The translations under genes and the position numbers were made by a program. Positions 9,001 to 18,401 of a stretch of DNA of 41,478 nucleotides are shown here, piece after piece (position 1 is the stretch's first letter; every line of letters begins with the position of its first letter). This DNA is from a virus (taxonomy: Duplodnaviria > Caudoviricetes). Under the pieces are notes generated by a model. The model worked only from the letters and a program-made list of their open reading frames with translations, was not told the DNA's origin and made no database searches. Location: IMG/VR virus record IMGVR_UViG_3300030376_002734, positions 1 to 41,478 of that record, one strand, 5' to 3'.

Positions 9001-12000
9001 TAATCTAAATCTTATATCAATTCCTTGACTTTCATTCTGAGCAGAAACTGCATATCCATTTACAGTCTCACCTGTTTGGAATGCACCTTGTACAGGTGTT
9101 ACTTCTAGTAATTTTGGTATAGTACGGTTCTCAATATCCAACATATCATTACCTGCAAACATGTTGAAATGATTAGTACCTGGCTTGAGTCTTGTACCAA
9201 TAAACTGAATGTTCTGTTCCCTCATATCAGGAATAGACTCTTCAGTTGTAATGATATCGTTAGAGAAACCTATACCATCATCTTGTATAATAAATTGATT
9301 TTCTATAAAGATATCTGATTCAGGATTTAGTGTAAGATTACCTCTCCAACTTCTCATCATATATGGGTTGACGTTCTCAACTCTAGTTGCAAATGGTTGA
9401 GATCTTTCAATCACCTCTTCATAATTCAGAGTTACAAGATCACCTGTTTTTCTGATATTAGGTGAGTTTAGGTCTTCGGCATATCTTGGATCAACAGTAA
9501 GATCTGGAGTTCCATTAGTTCCAACAATAGCACCCGATCCAATAAGAAGATCAATACTATCCTTTTTCTTTCTTGAAACTAACTTACCATCATCGATATC
9601 ATACTTCAAGAATGGAACAGTCTTATCTGCCACATTGAAGTCATTGAAAGGATCAACAACAAAACCATTCTTAAATCTATCAAGACCTGTTGTAGGATCA
9701 GTGATAACAAGACTTTCAGTTGCAGCTTCTAGTAATGATAAGGAAGTAGTTTCCTCAAGACTCTCAATACGAGTCTCAAGTTTACCAATATCCTTCATCG
9801 TATAACGCTTATTACCACGGAAAGTAATTTTTACTTCCTTTGTAGCATCATAAACATATGGTTTATAATCAATTCTTGCTAACTCAAATGAATCACCAAC
9901 AGTCTCTGGTTCAACTGGTTTTACAGCAGGTGTACCTTTTTGTACAGTAAATGATCCATTTCTATTGATAAACAATCTATCAATTCTACCTAGGTAATGA
10001 GTGTAATCAAAGTTTATATTCTCATCAGATTCTAGAATAGAAGGTGATTGACCACCACCAGTAAATACTCTTGACTCAAATTCAAATGGAGATTTAGTTC
10101 CAGAATAAGCAGCAACTCTAGGTCTCAAATCTACAACATCAGTGTTAGGTATGTTCTGGAATGCTGGAACAGTATCAAACTGATCTTTAGTGTAACTACT
10201 TGCAGTTACTAGATCACCAGAATCTTCTGAATTGATTACGTAATGGTCAAAGTAAACCTTCAACTGTCCTTGTGGCTCTGGGAAATCTTGCTTTCTAACC
10301 AATCTACCAAAGTCATAATATTCGTTTCTTTGTCCAGTGTCTAGTATAAAGTTCTTTCTTATGTTCTTATCACCTGGCGTAGAAGATGCTAGAATAGTTC
10401 TTACACCACTTTCTTGGAAAGTAACTTCTTCATTTACTTTGAAGGTATTATTATTCTTGTATAATACTTCAACTGCGTTTGTACCACTTCTAGCAAGAAC
10501 CATTGCAGCAGCACCAGAACTCTTACCTATACCAATCTCACCTAAAATTAGATCAGTATTATTAGCATTAGGACCATTATAAGATCCAAGAGTCATTGCT
10601 GGAACAGTAGGAACCCCAGTCCCTGATGATTCAAATACAGCAGCAATTGATACTACATCAGGTACACCTAAAGATATTTCTCTATCTTGAACTCTCAAAC
10701 CATATACTCCACTAGGAGTTAGACCATCTGTAATAGATGTACTAACACCAGAATAGTTACGGTTAGAACCTGTAATAAGAACAGTTGCTTCTCTAGTAAG
10801 TTGTTTCTGTTTAGACTTGACTTTAGATTTCTGTTGTGTACTATGTACAATCACTCCAGACTGACCAGTAGTAAGACCAGATATAGTTGCACCCTTACCA
10901 CCACTAGTCAAAGCAAACTGATCTGATGTCAGTGTTTCTACAGTACCATTTGAATATACGACAGTATACCTTTCCTCATCAAATGGAGCATATACCAAAT
11001 CAGTTCCTGTCAATGGTGGTAAATCCATCTGACCAGAACCATTAGTTGCTTGACCTGTATTTTCTACTCTAATTGATATGGTAGATTCAGTAAGATCTAC
11101 AGACTCTGTATTAGTATTAGGTAAAGGTGCATATAAGAATCCACTCTTAGATGCTTTCATTTTACCTGCAAGAATCTTCAGATCACTAACAGTAATAGTA
11201 GAACCTGGCAGTGCCTTATGGCAAACACCAGCAACTGTATGTGGAGCAGCAACTAAAGTAATGTTATTATTTGTGGCACTAATAGCACTTACTTTGTTAT
11301 AAGTAACATCTGTATTACCACCTTGCTTATATGCAACAATATCACCTATTGTGAAATTCTTTACCCAACCAGTAGTACCACTGGTAACCACAGACGCACT
11401 ACCAGATGCTGCTGCGATACTGAATGAACGTCCTGTAAGATCTTTCTTAGTTTCTAGAATTACATCTGCAGCAAATGTTCTACTAGCAGCAGTAGATCTT
11501 ACTGACTTCACATCATTGATACTATACTCAGTAACAGCAGTAATAACTCTACCATTCAATGATCCATTGATTTTGATCTGTTCATCTTTCATGAACTGAC
11601 CAGAAACCTGATGCAATACTACTGAAGTGGAGTTAGAAACTGCACTACGTAAATATCCTTTAGCACCACTACGTGAACCTTCAACTATAGCAGGTACTGC
11701 AATAGTGTGTGCTTGGTTGATAGTTAATTTTGTATCAGTTTGGATGTCAAATAAGTATAATTCAAATACACTAGTATCATCTACATATCCAGCATTCTGT
11801 AATTTATAATCATATACTCTAGCACGACCTATAGAATCCCCTGCAGCAGTTGCTTGGTTAGAAGCGAGTCTTTCACTACGAAGATCAACAAAGTCTGATG
11901 TAGCGGCATTCAGCTTGATCTGAGCAGCATTTAGAGTATGATTTACCCTAATCTTATTACCTGCTTCAAATGGAATAGCAGATGACTCAACTAAATTAGT

Positions 12001-13140
12001 AGTTCTTGGTTTTTCAATGTCAACAAAATGAGAACCGTATGAGTTGGCCTCATATCCCTTGACATATGCTTTACCTGGACCTACACGAACACACATCAAG
12101 TCCTTAGAAGGAGTATTACCTTCGTTAGTTTTTGATCCAGTGTAGAATGCACCAAAGACAGAATACCTGTCATTTAGAGATTCTTTTGCTTCTAGATCAA
12201 ACTTAGTAACATAATAGTTACCACTTTCATCATATGTTCTTCTTGCAAATTCTTTTGCTAACTCTCCATAAAGAGTCTTATCAATTATCTTTTTGACACC
12301 ACCCTTCTCTAATCTCTGTAATTCAATAAAAGTTTCATCCTGAAAATCATCTATATCTTTCTTACTAAGAACTAGACTGACCTTTAATCTATCTGCACCA
12401 GGTGCAGTAAAGTTAGAGAATCCAGAAGCATTATCATATAAACTAGAATCATCAACAGCAGTTATAATCTCTTCTTTTACATTGAATCCTACTCTGTATG
12501 ATGGTTTGTTATCATACTGATCTAATATTATCGTCTCTGGTGATACTTCAATAAATGCTCCACGAGCAAACCAAACACCTCTTGTAGTTGTAAATGCAGA
12601 TCCTACAGATGAAGCATTAGAACTTATAGCAGTAGCAAAATCAGATCCATTTGATATGGTTGTTGATCCATAAGTAAAATCTGTCAGTGTTATTAAATTT
12701 TCTCCATCAAGAAATTGATCATTCAAATAATCATCAGATGTTTTTTCATACTTGATGAATATAGTTGTATTATTTGTTACAGACTCAGTAGCAGGTATTA
12801 CCTTTACAACTTTAGCAGTGATACCAGATGTCTTACCCTTTATACTTAGACCAACAAGTTTATCATAGTAGAGTTCTACAGGAACACCAAAAAATGTAGA
12901 CTCAACTTTTACTGAAGTGTATTGGTTATCATATTTGAATACGCCAGGGATCACCATTGATCCCTCTCGGAAAATATGTTTACCGAATTGTTCAACCTGT
13001 CCCTGTAGGATAGATTGTAACGTTGTTAGTTCCCGTGCTTGTACGGGTGTGCCAGGTTTGAAGAGGACTCGGTTGTAATTTTTTGACGAGTCGAAATCAT
13101 CAAAGTATGGACTGACATTTAAATTGGTGTTCTGTGGCAT
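6079..13140 (-). CDS. Large virion structural protein, VrlC-like (DUF4815-type)
   Basis: 2353 aa; N-terminus TNLNVSPYFDDF...VLFKPG.PVQARELTTLQSILQ, APGADRLK, ARRTYDESGNY, DRFKNGFVVDPF, DPLAQTF, C-terminal FRAIAVA; follows gp8. Confidence 0.85.
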   Translation of the reverse strand: MPQNTNLNVSPYFDDFDSSKNYNRVLFKPGTPVQARELTTLQSILQGQVEQFGKHIFREGSMVIPGVFKYDNQYTSVKVESTFFGVPVELYYDKLVGLSIKGKTSGITAKVVKVIPATESVTNNTTIFIKYEKTSDDYLNDQFLDGENLITLTDFTYGSTTISNGSDFATAISSNASSVGSAFTTTRGVWFARGAFIEVSPETIILDQYDNKPSYRVGFNVKEEIITAVDDSSLYDNASGFSNFTAPGADRLKVSLVLSKKDIDDFQDETFIELQRLEKGGVKKIIDKTLYGELAKEFARRTYDESGNYYVTKFDLEAKESLNDRYSVFGAFYTGSKTNEGNTPSKDLMCVRVGPGKAYVKGYEANSYGSHFVDIEKPRTTNLVESSAIPFEAGNKIRVNHTLNAAQIKLNAATSDFVDLRSERLASNQATAAGDSIGRARVYDYKLQNAGYVDDTSVFELYLFDIQTDTKLTINQAHTIAVPAIVEGSRSGAKGYLRSAVSNSTSVVLHQVSGQFMKDEQIKINGSLNGRVITAVTEYSINDVKSVRSTAASRTFAADVILETKKDLTGRSFSIAAASGSASVVTSGTTGWVKNFTIGDIVAYKQGGNTDVTYNKVSAISATNNNITLVAAPHTVAGVCHKALPGSTITVSDLKILAGKMKASKSGFLYAPLPNTNTESVDLTESTISIRVENTGQATNGSGQMDLPPLTGTDLVYAPFDEERYTVVYSNGTVETLTSDQFALTSGGKGATISGLTTGQSGVIVHSTQQKSKVKSKQKQLTREATVLITGSNRNYSGVSTSITDGLTPSGVYGLRVQDREISLGVPDVVSIAAVFESSGTGVPTVPAMTLGSYNGPNANNTDLILGEIGIGKSSGAAAMVLARSGTNAVEVLYKNNNTFKVNEEVTFQESGVRTILASSTPGDKNIRKNFILDTGQRNEYYDFGRLVRKQDFPEPQGQLKVYFDHYVINSEDSGDLVTASSYTKDQFDTVPAFQNIPNTDVVDLRPRVAAYSGTKSPFEFESRVFTGGGQSPSILESDENINFDYTHYLGRIDRLFINRNGSFTVQKGTPAVKPVEPETVGDSFELARIDYKPYVYDATKEVKITFRGNKRYTMKDIGKLETRIESLEETTSLSLLEAATESLVITDPTTGLDRFKNGFVVDPFNDFNVADKTVPFLKYDIDDGKLVSRKKKDSIDLLIGSGAIVGTNGTPDLTVDPRYAEDLNSPNIRKTGDLVTLNYEEVIERSQPFATRVENVNPYMMRSWRGNLTLNPESDIFIENQFIIQDDGIGFSNDIITTEESIPDMREQNIQFIGTRLKPGTNHFNMFAGNDMLDIENRTIPKLLEVTPVQGAFQTGETVNGYAVSAQNESQGIDIRFRLAAPNHKDGPFASPTIVYPNNPYTPNVGLSSSYSETTTVLNIDTASLSQKSDANFFGFVTVGMKLVGETSGAEAEISQIRLITDDFGAVIGSYYLPPNFVKNGTNTALLTSLLPSDQVPALNFSRAATDHFSEGTLITETSLERVEPAPPVIPPPVIIEITNIIDRTVTIIQPVLSQFENDDDPLAQTFQVEESPGIFMTSVDMFFQSRSETIPLQLTVVDVVNGYPSRNVVKNGLVILDPDQVNVSEDASVPTKFTFKSPIYLPTGEYAFVTATATSEYNQWICQIGEADITTSTESELGKVIVTKQPTIGSLFKGQTAGTWTPSQLEDMKYVSHKAKFVLDPGTLRMYNPQLNNFDSRNDLPENPIETYAKRVTVGLTSSIAVTGADVGSVITQTSNASARGVVADKLSHLGQAANTLSVTNAGSGYENGTYSTVNFVTSTGSGSGAVGVVTVAAGAITGATVKGYNTGTGYQIGDTLTAALGSKGLGQNLVVTVGVTTAANSLILTNCKGTFDTTNTIISDGTTLPSIKPSTVVTNTDQYDGLHFRVTHPNHGNHSISNRVDIDNITGDSVPTKLTVGYAQSVTTAVSVGSSTGFNWFEGAQVSASNPGYALIGDEIIKYTTIGNNQLTGTITRGVDDSFAKTHEIDAPVQKYELSGVSLRKINAEHQLTNATSSIQDNITLDSYVVKLTGSTVFTKDKNGGGDRGRASTNIQFETLEPNIAHSLPEGTAIEATVRTTAATSVNGSETSFADKGYNPVSLIGETTFPEPRLVASKVNEDAQMTALPGSKSFTFDMVFSTDDENVSPVVDVFKSSVLTSSSRINSPISNYSTDSRVNTLDDPHNNLYLTKVINLENPATSLKVLFGAYRPAAADIRVLYRLQRSDTDELDKVFELFPGYENLDSSGNVIAAANNNGQADRKISASLEDQFIEYEYSIDDLPQFTGFQVKVVISSTNQAEDPELLDFRAIAVA

Positions 13141-13144
13141 CAGA

Positions 13145-14683
13145 TTAGAATTCTAAGATGATTTTGATATCTTCTCTTTGGTTTGTTGCTCTAGTCACTT
13201 CAGGTCTGTTATCAACATATATGATATTACCAGAATACTTTTTGATTTCTGGATTGGCTAATCCACTAGAGTAGGATTGTCCAAAGTAATATGTCCTTGA
13301 GTTGACAGTCGTAGAAACACCAGTAAATCCAGTGTCTATAGGTAATGTCGATGTACCTGTTGTAGTGGTAACAATTACGTTAGTATTGCCACCCGAACCT
13401 GGTGTGGATGTGAATTTATTTAGACGGTAACCATAGGTAGGTTTACTGCCTGTACTCGTATCCAACGCAAGGGATCTGTCCTGCCAATACTGTAATGTTT
13501 TAGTTACTGCATCATATCCTATGATCTTACCGATAGCGGTTGATCCAACTCCAACTGTCTGAGTAATATTACCATCAACAGCAACACTCATACTTGTTGC
13601 AGCAACACCTGCAAGACGTAAACCATAAACTCCAGATGCACTAGCAGCAGTTAATTGACTAGATGTACCATGTATCTGAGGATTTTCAATAATACCAATA
13701 CGAGCAAACTGGTTTCCTGTTGGGAAATCTGGGTTTGTTGTATCAGCATTCTCAATTCTTGAGTAAATGAGAACCTTATTAGCACCTAATTCTCTATAGA
13801 TGTCAGAACCATGTCCACCTGGAGGTGGAACGATGACAGAGAATGAAGCACCAGCACCAGTTACAACAGAATCTAAATCAAGAGTACCAAATGAATATCC
13901 AGTTCCACCGTTAGTAACCTGAACTGAATCTGGTTTACCATTAATGAATGTGACAGATGCTAATCCATCTTGACCATCACCCTTGATCGGAACATTATTT
14001 TTTACACCAGTGAATTGATATGCAGCAGAAGTTGTATCTTCTACAACAACACATTCAATCTTACCATCAACAGCAGCATTCCTTACATCTGACACATCAG
14101 TGTTGGTTGCCCAACTATCAGGTACGGGAATGTAATCTGCACTATCAAATTTGATAATGTCACTTGGTTTTATAGTATAAAGATACTTCCAAATATAACC
14201 GTCACTTTCTAATCGAGGTTGAAGATCAGTATGAACTGGTTCCTGTAGTGATATAATGCCTTTACCACTATTGGCTGGAGCAGCCCCATTGAAAATGCAC
14301 TCATAGACTCGATAGTCTTTATTCATTACATAGAAATTAGCACCATATAAACTTGTCGAGCTTGTCTGCTTGCTCAAGTTATTAATACTATAATCTTGAC
14401 GATACATTTCATATATCGTTCCACTTGTCCAAGATATCTTTTTGATAACTCGTAGTACGTCAGTACTGTTAATCTTTTTGGCAGATATTAGGGTATCGTA
14501 GATACTATCGTGATTATCGAAATTATCAATTGGAGAAGGAGTTTCCGTATTCCAATCTGATGCAACAGACGTTGCATTTGGCAGTCCGATAAAAACATAA
14601 TAACTGTTATCGCTCGTCGAAATTCCCGAAACGAAATTCGACGCATTCAAAACCCTAATTTGATCCGTGATGACGGCTGGCAT
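13145..14683 (-). CDS. gp8: Baseplate wedge subunit gp8
   Basis: ITDQIRVLNASNFV start, W.SG..YEMYR, FYVMN..YRVYECI.NG, DGYIWKYLYTI, C-terminal SGNIIYVDNR...QREDIKIILEF; synteny gp25-gp6-gp7-gp8. Confidence 0.9.
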   Translation of the reverse strand: MPAVITDQIRVLNASNFVSGISTSDNSYYVFIGLPNATSVASDWNTETPSPIDNFDNHDSIYDTLISAKKINSTDVLRVIKKISWTSGTIYEMYRQDYSINNLSKQTSSTSLYGANFYVMNKDYRVYECIFNGAAPANSGKGIISLQEPVHTDLQPRLESDGYIWKYLYTIKPSDIIKFDSADYIPVPDSWATNTDVSDVRNAAVDGKIECVVVEDTTSAAYQFTGVKNNVPIKGDGQDGLASVTFINGKPDSVQVTNGGTGYSFGTLDLDSVVTGAGASFSVIVPPPGGHGSDIYRELGANKVLIYSRIENADTTNPDFPTGNQFARIGIIENPQIHGTSSQLTAASASGVYGLRLAGVAATSMSVAVDGNITQTVGVGSTAIGKIIGYDAVTKTLQYWQDRSLALDTSTGSKPTYGYRLNKFTSTPGSGGNTNVIVTTTTGTSTLPIDTGFTGVSTTVNSRTYYFGQSYSSGLANPEIKKYSGNIIYVDNRPEVTRATNQREDIKIILEF

Positions 14684-14702
14684 TATTTTGAAACTTTTTG
14701 TT

Positions 14703-14709
14703 TATTTAT
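14703..14709 (-). promoter_or_regulatory. Late promoter ATAAATA
   Basis: Overlaps upstream stop, 20 nt before gp8 ATG. Confidence 0.65.
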
Positions 14710-17700
14710 GTGTAATCTTGAAGTAATTTAGTAGATCTTACAATATTAGCCGCAGTTGATAGTCCAATTAGACCATTCTGCGTATTTGTAGTGAATGCAA
14801 ACCCAACAGTACCTGTTGTAAATTTAGTCCAACTATAAGAACCATAATAGGCACCTACACCTGAAGTCAATCCTGTAAAGTTCAATCCATGATCTTTCTC
14901 AATTTCAACGTGGACTCTCATCGTTTGACCAGAACCCACCTGTGTGAGGTGACTCACCTGATAGACACCATCTAAGAACTGTGTTGTAATTCCAACTGTC
15001 TCAAAGTTTGTGCCAATACCAGATTTTGCAGTTACCCCTGCACCTACGTTTGATCTATTGACAATAAAGTAATCACCAGTAGATATTCCAGTTTTAGTAA
15101 GTCCACCATACTGGTTTTCTCTCAACGGAGAATCCAATGGTATATAGAACTCAAACTGAATTCCTTTTACCGTTGAACCTATTCCGACAATAGAACCAGT
15201 ATCACCACTAACGGTGACACTTTCTTTTGTTACTATCGGATTAGTAAATCCAGTAGTACCAAAACCAGTATTATTCTTATCTCCATCTATAATCTTTATT
15301 GCAAATTCATTTACATCAGGTGCTTCGGCCTTAGAGAATATTAGTGATCCAGAATCAGCATATACAACAGTATCATTGACACTTACATCTTTGATTATTT
15401 TAGCAGAAGGGAATACTCTACCACCATAAACATCTCTTGCTTTACTTACCTTTACACCATCTACAAATAGATCATCTCTCTGCTTACACCATGTAACAGG
15501 TCTTAGAGGACTCTTAGTGTTAGTAATTCCTTGTCCTTTGTATAGTGTAGTTTGTAGAGTATCTCTTGATATAATTTCTCTTACAATTCTCTTATCTTGT
15601 GCTACTATATTCTTCATCTGTGGTGAAGAATTTATCTTCAAACTATCACCCTTCTTGATTTCCTGTATGGCAGTATCAGATGATATGTCAGCATCTGTTC
15701 CCCTATAGAATAGGACTTGTAATTTTGATCCAGCCTTAGGTGCTTCGGTGAATTTTATTTGTGTACCACCATCGAAAGTGTATGATGTAACTGGTTTTTG
15801 TAAAATATCATCTAAGAAAATCAATAGTACATCATCCAAACTAATTGGAGAACCTGAATCCTTTTCTATACTGACTGCTTTATTATTTTCCTTCAGTGTA
15901 AATTGAGTTTTTCTACCATCAAACTCATCAGAAAAATCATCTAAAATTTGCAACTTACCAAATATCCATGCAGCAAACTCATCATCTTGTGTTTCATTTA
16001 CAGTAAATTCAGTTGCAACGAAATTAGTACCAGCACTAGAATCTGTAAGTATACCTGCAACAGATAATTTCTCTCCTACAGTATATCCATAACCAGTATT
16101 GGTTATAACCATATCTTCTATACTACTGCCCACACCAATCTTTACAGTAACAGAAGCACCAATACCAGTACTACCACTAATCAACTTCATATCATCATAA
16201 GCAACTGGAGCATCTACACTGACATTGAATGGTTTGTGAACTAATCCACCCCTGTTATACCAATGATGTGCAGTTGTTGTTCCAGCATTTACTTGGAACT
16301 TTGTGTTATCAACAACAGTGACTTGGAATGATTGTGCATTCTTATCATATGGTCTAGGTGCAAGAAGAGTACCCTGAGATCTACCACCAGTCTTATAGTA
16401 AGTTGGTACAGTAGAAGGACCAACTTGAATAGTAAATGTCTGAGCAGTTTTAGATATAATTACAGAACCAGCATAATATGGATCTGTTGTACGAGGATAT
16501 GTCTTAGTAGAAGCACCATTGTCTAACTGACATGTCATACCAAGACCACTTATTACAACTCCACTACCTACTCCTAACCCGTGATTAGTAGCAGTGGTAA
16601 CTGTCATAATACCTGAGTTGTTATCATACTTCGCATTAGTAATTGTCTTAGATCCAGAGTAGGTACATGTATATCCTATACCTTGTAACTGAACTCTATC
16701 TCCAGTAGACAATCCATGATTAGCAGAAGTTGTAACTGTAGTCAATCCAGTTAGATGATTATATGCTGCATCAGTAACAGTGGCGATATAATAACCCGAT
16801 CCTCCATCATCTAAGAATAATTGTTTTATAGATCCATCTACAACTGAGAAAGTACCACCTGCAGCAGTAACTGATTCTCCACCAACAATTCTAAATTTTG
16901 GTACAGTAAGACCATGCCCTCTATATCCAGTACCAGTATATCCAAGAGAAACACTAGAAACAGTTCCAGCAGCAGATACCTTAGCAGTTATTATTCCTAC
17001 AGTTTGAAATTGATAACCAAAACCATTTGTATTTGCTATATCTGCAATGATACCCTTTCTAGGTAATCTATTAGCATTCACATTAGATGTACTATATCTC
17101 TCACTGAAACCAGCAATAGCATTACCAGTAAATGTTACAGATGTAATACCAGGTGAAGGAGAATCTACAAACTCATAATCTGTATCTGGTTGTTGGAATA
17201 CATTGTTTATCAATACAGCACCATAATCAGTACTTACTCCAACAGTATTGGCACCATCTTTCTTCAATGTAAATGTCTTACCAATACCTGTAAATTGATT
17301 AGCAATATCATCAAATACCTGATTACCAGTATAATCACTTCTTATAAATGTTCTTCCTTGGAATGAACTACCTCTAAGTACATCAGCAAATAAAAGATTA
17401 TGAGTCCCTATACCAGCACTTGTTAGATTGATTTTAGTTCCTATAAGAGCATTTGCTCTATCTGCTGCAAAAGAGAAATTGTTTGGACCATTCTTTATCA
17501 AGAAATAATCAGCATTACCACTCAAAGGAGCTGGTGGGTTGAGTGATCTAAGTTTTACTTTATCACCTGTACTGATCAATTCTGTTAGAACAGTAAAGTT
17601 ATCATTTGCTAAATCAAAATTTATAGAACTTACACCAACTTTTTGTCTATTACCACCATAAGGAACATCTGCAAAATGTATCATATCACCAAGAATATTA

Positions 17701-18401
17701 TAATCACCATATACTTTCTGAACACTATCTCCTACAGCATGAGTTTCTTGATTAGTTCCTAACCATGCTCTATCAACCAATACATTATTAGCAATTCCAC
17801 CAAATCCAACTGTTTGGATTCTCATCACTTCATTACCAATTTTTATTAGATCATTCTGACTATATCCCTGTGCATCCCAGAATAAAACTTCTCTGTTTGG
17901 TATAGTAGCTGCTAGTGTTGTTCCTCCACCAACTCTATTATACAGAGGAGATTGAATTACATTATCGAGTGATATAATTGCTTTAGAATTTTCTTTTATA
18001 GCACTAAAAGTATGAGTGCTTCCAGAACCTACAGTTGTCAATCCTATAGGCGAATTTGATAGTGCTAATGCTTTTGTTGCAGCAACTTTGAAGTGATCTT
18101 CATCCACCTTGATCACATATACGTCACTAGGTAATGTTGTTGCAGCACCTACACCGTTGACACCATGTTGTATACCAATTTGACCATTACCAGCCACATC
18201 TCTGTATTCTATCTTTTCACCAGTTACATAAAAATGATTTTTTATAGTAATCTGATTAGAACCAAGTAATAATACATTAGAATCAGAACCTGTGAATTTA
18301 TGAGCAAAGATAGGATCTCCCTTATGAGTCAATTTGAATTTCTTCAAGAAAGACTCACCCTCAGAATTGAATATCTTATTGAGTGAAGATAGTTGGAACA
18401 T
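14706..18401 (-). CDS. Baseplate wedge initiator gp7-like, C-terminal part
   Basis: 1231 aa between the gp7 N-part and gp8; LTHKGDPIF, SLDNVIQSP, FDDIANQFTG, WCKQRDD, C-terminal YYGSYSW motifs recalled from the C-terminal portion of cyanophage gp7. Confidence 0.7.
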   Translation of the reverse strand: MFQLSSLNKIFNSEGESFLKKFKLTHKGDPIFAHKFTGSDSNVLLLGSNQITIKNHFYVTGEKIEYRDVAGNGQIGIQHGVNGVGAATTLPSDVYVIKVDEDHFKVAATKALALSNSPIGLTTVGSGSTHTFSAIKENSKAIISLDNVIQSPLYNRVGGGTTLAATIPNREVLFWDAQGYSQNDLIKIGNEVMRIQTVGFGGIANNVLVDRAWLGTNQETHAVGDSVQKVYGDYNILGDMIHFADVPYGGNRQKVGVSSINFDLANDNFTVLTELISTGDKVKLRSLNPPAPLSGNADYFLIKNGPNNFSFAADRANALIGTKINLTSAGIGTHNLLFADVLRGSSFQGRTFIRSDYTGNQVFDDIANQFTGIGKTFTLKKDGANTVGVSTDYGAVLINNVFQQPDTDYEFVDSPSPGITSVTFTGNAIAGFSERYSTSNVNANRLPRKGIIADIANTNGFGYQFQTVGIITAKVSAAGTVSSVSLGYTGTGYRGHGLTVPKFRIVGGESVTAAGGTFSVVDGSIKQLFLDDGGSGYYIATVTDAAYNHLTGLTTVTTSANHGLSTGDRVQLQGIGYTCTYSGSKTITNAKYDNNSGIMTVTTATNHGLGVGSGVVISGLGMTCQLDNGASTKTYPRTTDPYYAGSVIISKTAQTFTIQVGPSTVPTYYKTGGRSQGTLLAPRPYDKNAQSFQVTVVDNTKFQVNAGTTTAHHWYNRGGLVHKPFNVSVDAPVAYDDMKLISGSTGIGASVTVKIGVGSSIEDMVITNTGYGYTVGEKLSVAGILTDSSAGTNFVATEFTVNETQDDEFAAWIFGKLQILDDFSDEFDGRKTQFTLKENNKAVSIEKDSGSPISLDDVLLIFLDDILQKPVTSYTFDGGTQIKFTEAPKAGSKLQVLFYRGTDADISSDTAIQEIKKGDSLKINSSPQMKNIVAQDKRIVREIISRDTLQTTLYKGQGITNTKSPLRPVTWCKQRDDLFVDGVKVSKARDVYGGRVFPSAKIIKDVSVNDTVVYADSGSLIFSKAEAPDVNEFAIKIIDGDKNNTGFGTTGFTNPIVTKESVTVSGDTGSIVGIGSTVKGIQFEFYIPLDSPLRENQYGGLTKTGISTGDYFIVNRSNVGAGVTAKSGIGTNFETVGITTQFLDGVYQVSHLTQVGSGQTMRVHVEIEKDHGLNFTGLTSGVGAYYGSYSWTKFTTGTVGFAFTTNTQNGLIGLSTAANIVRSTKLLQDYT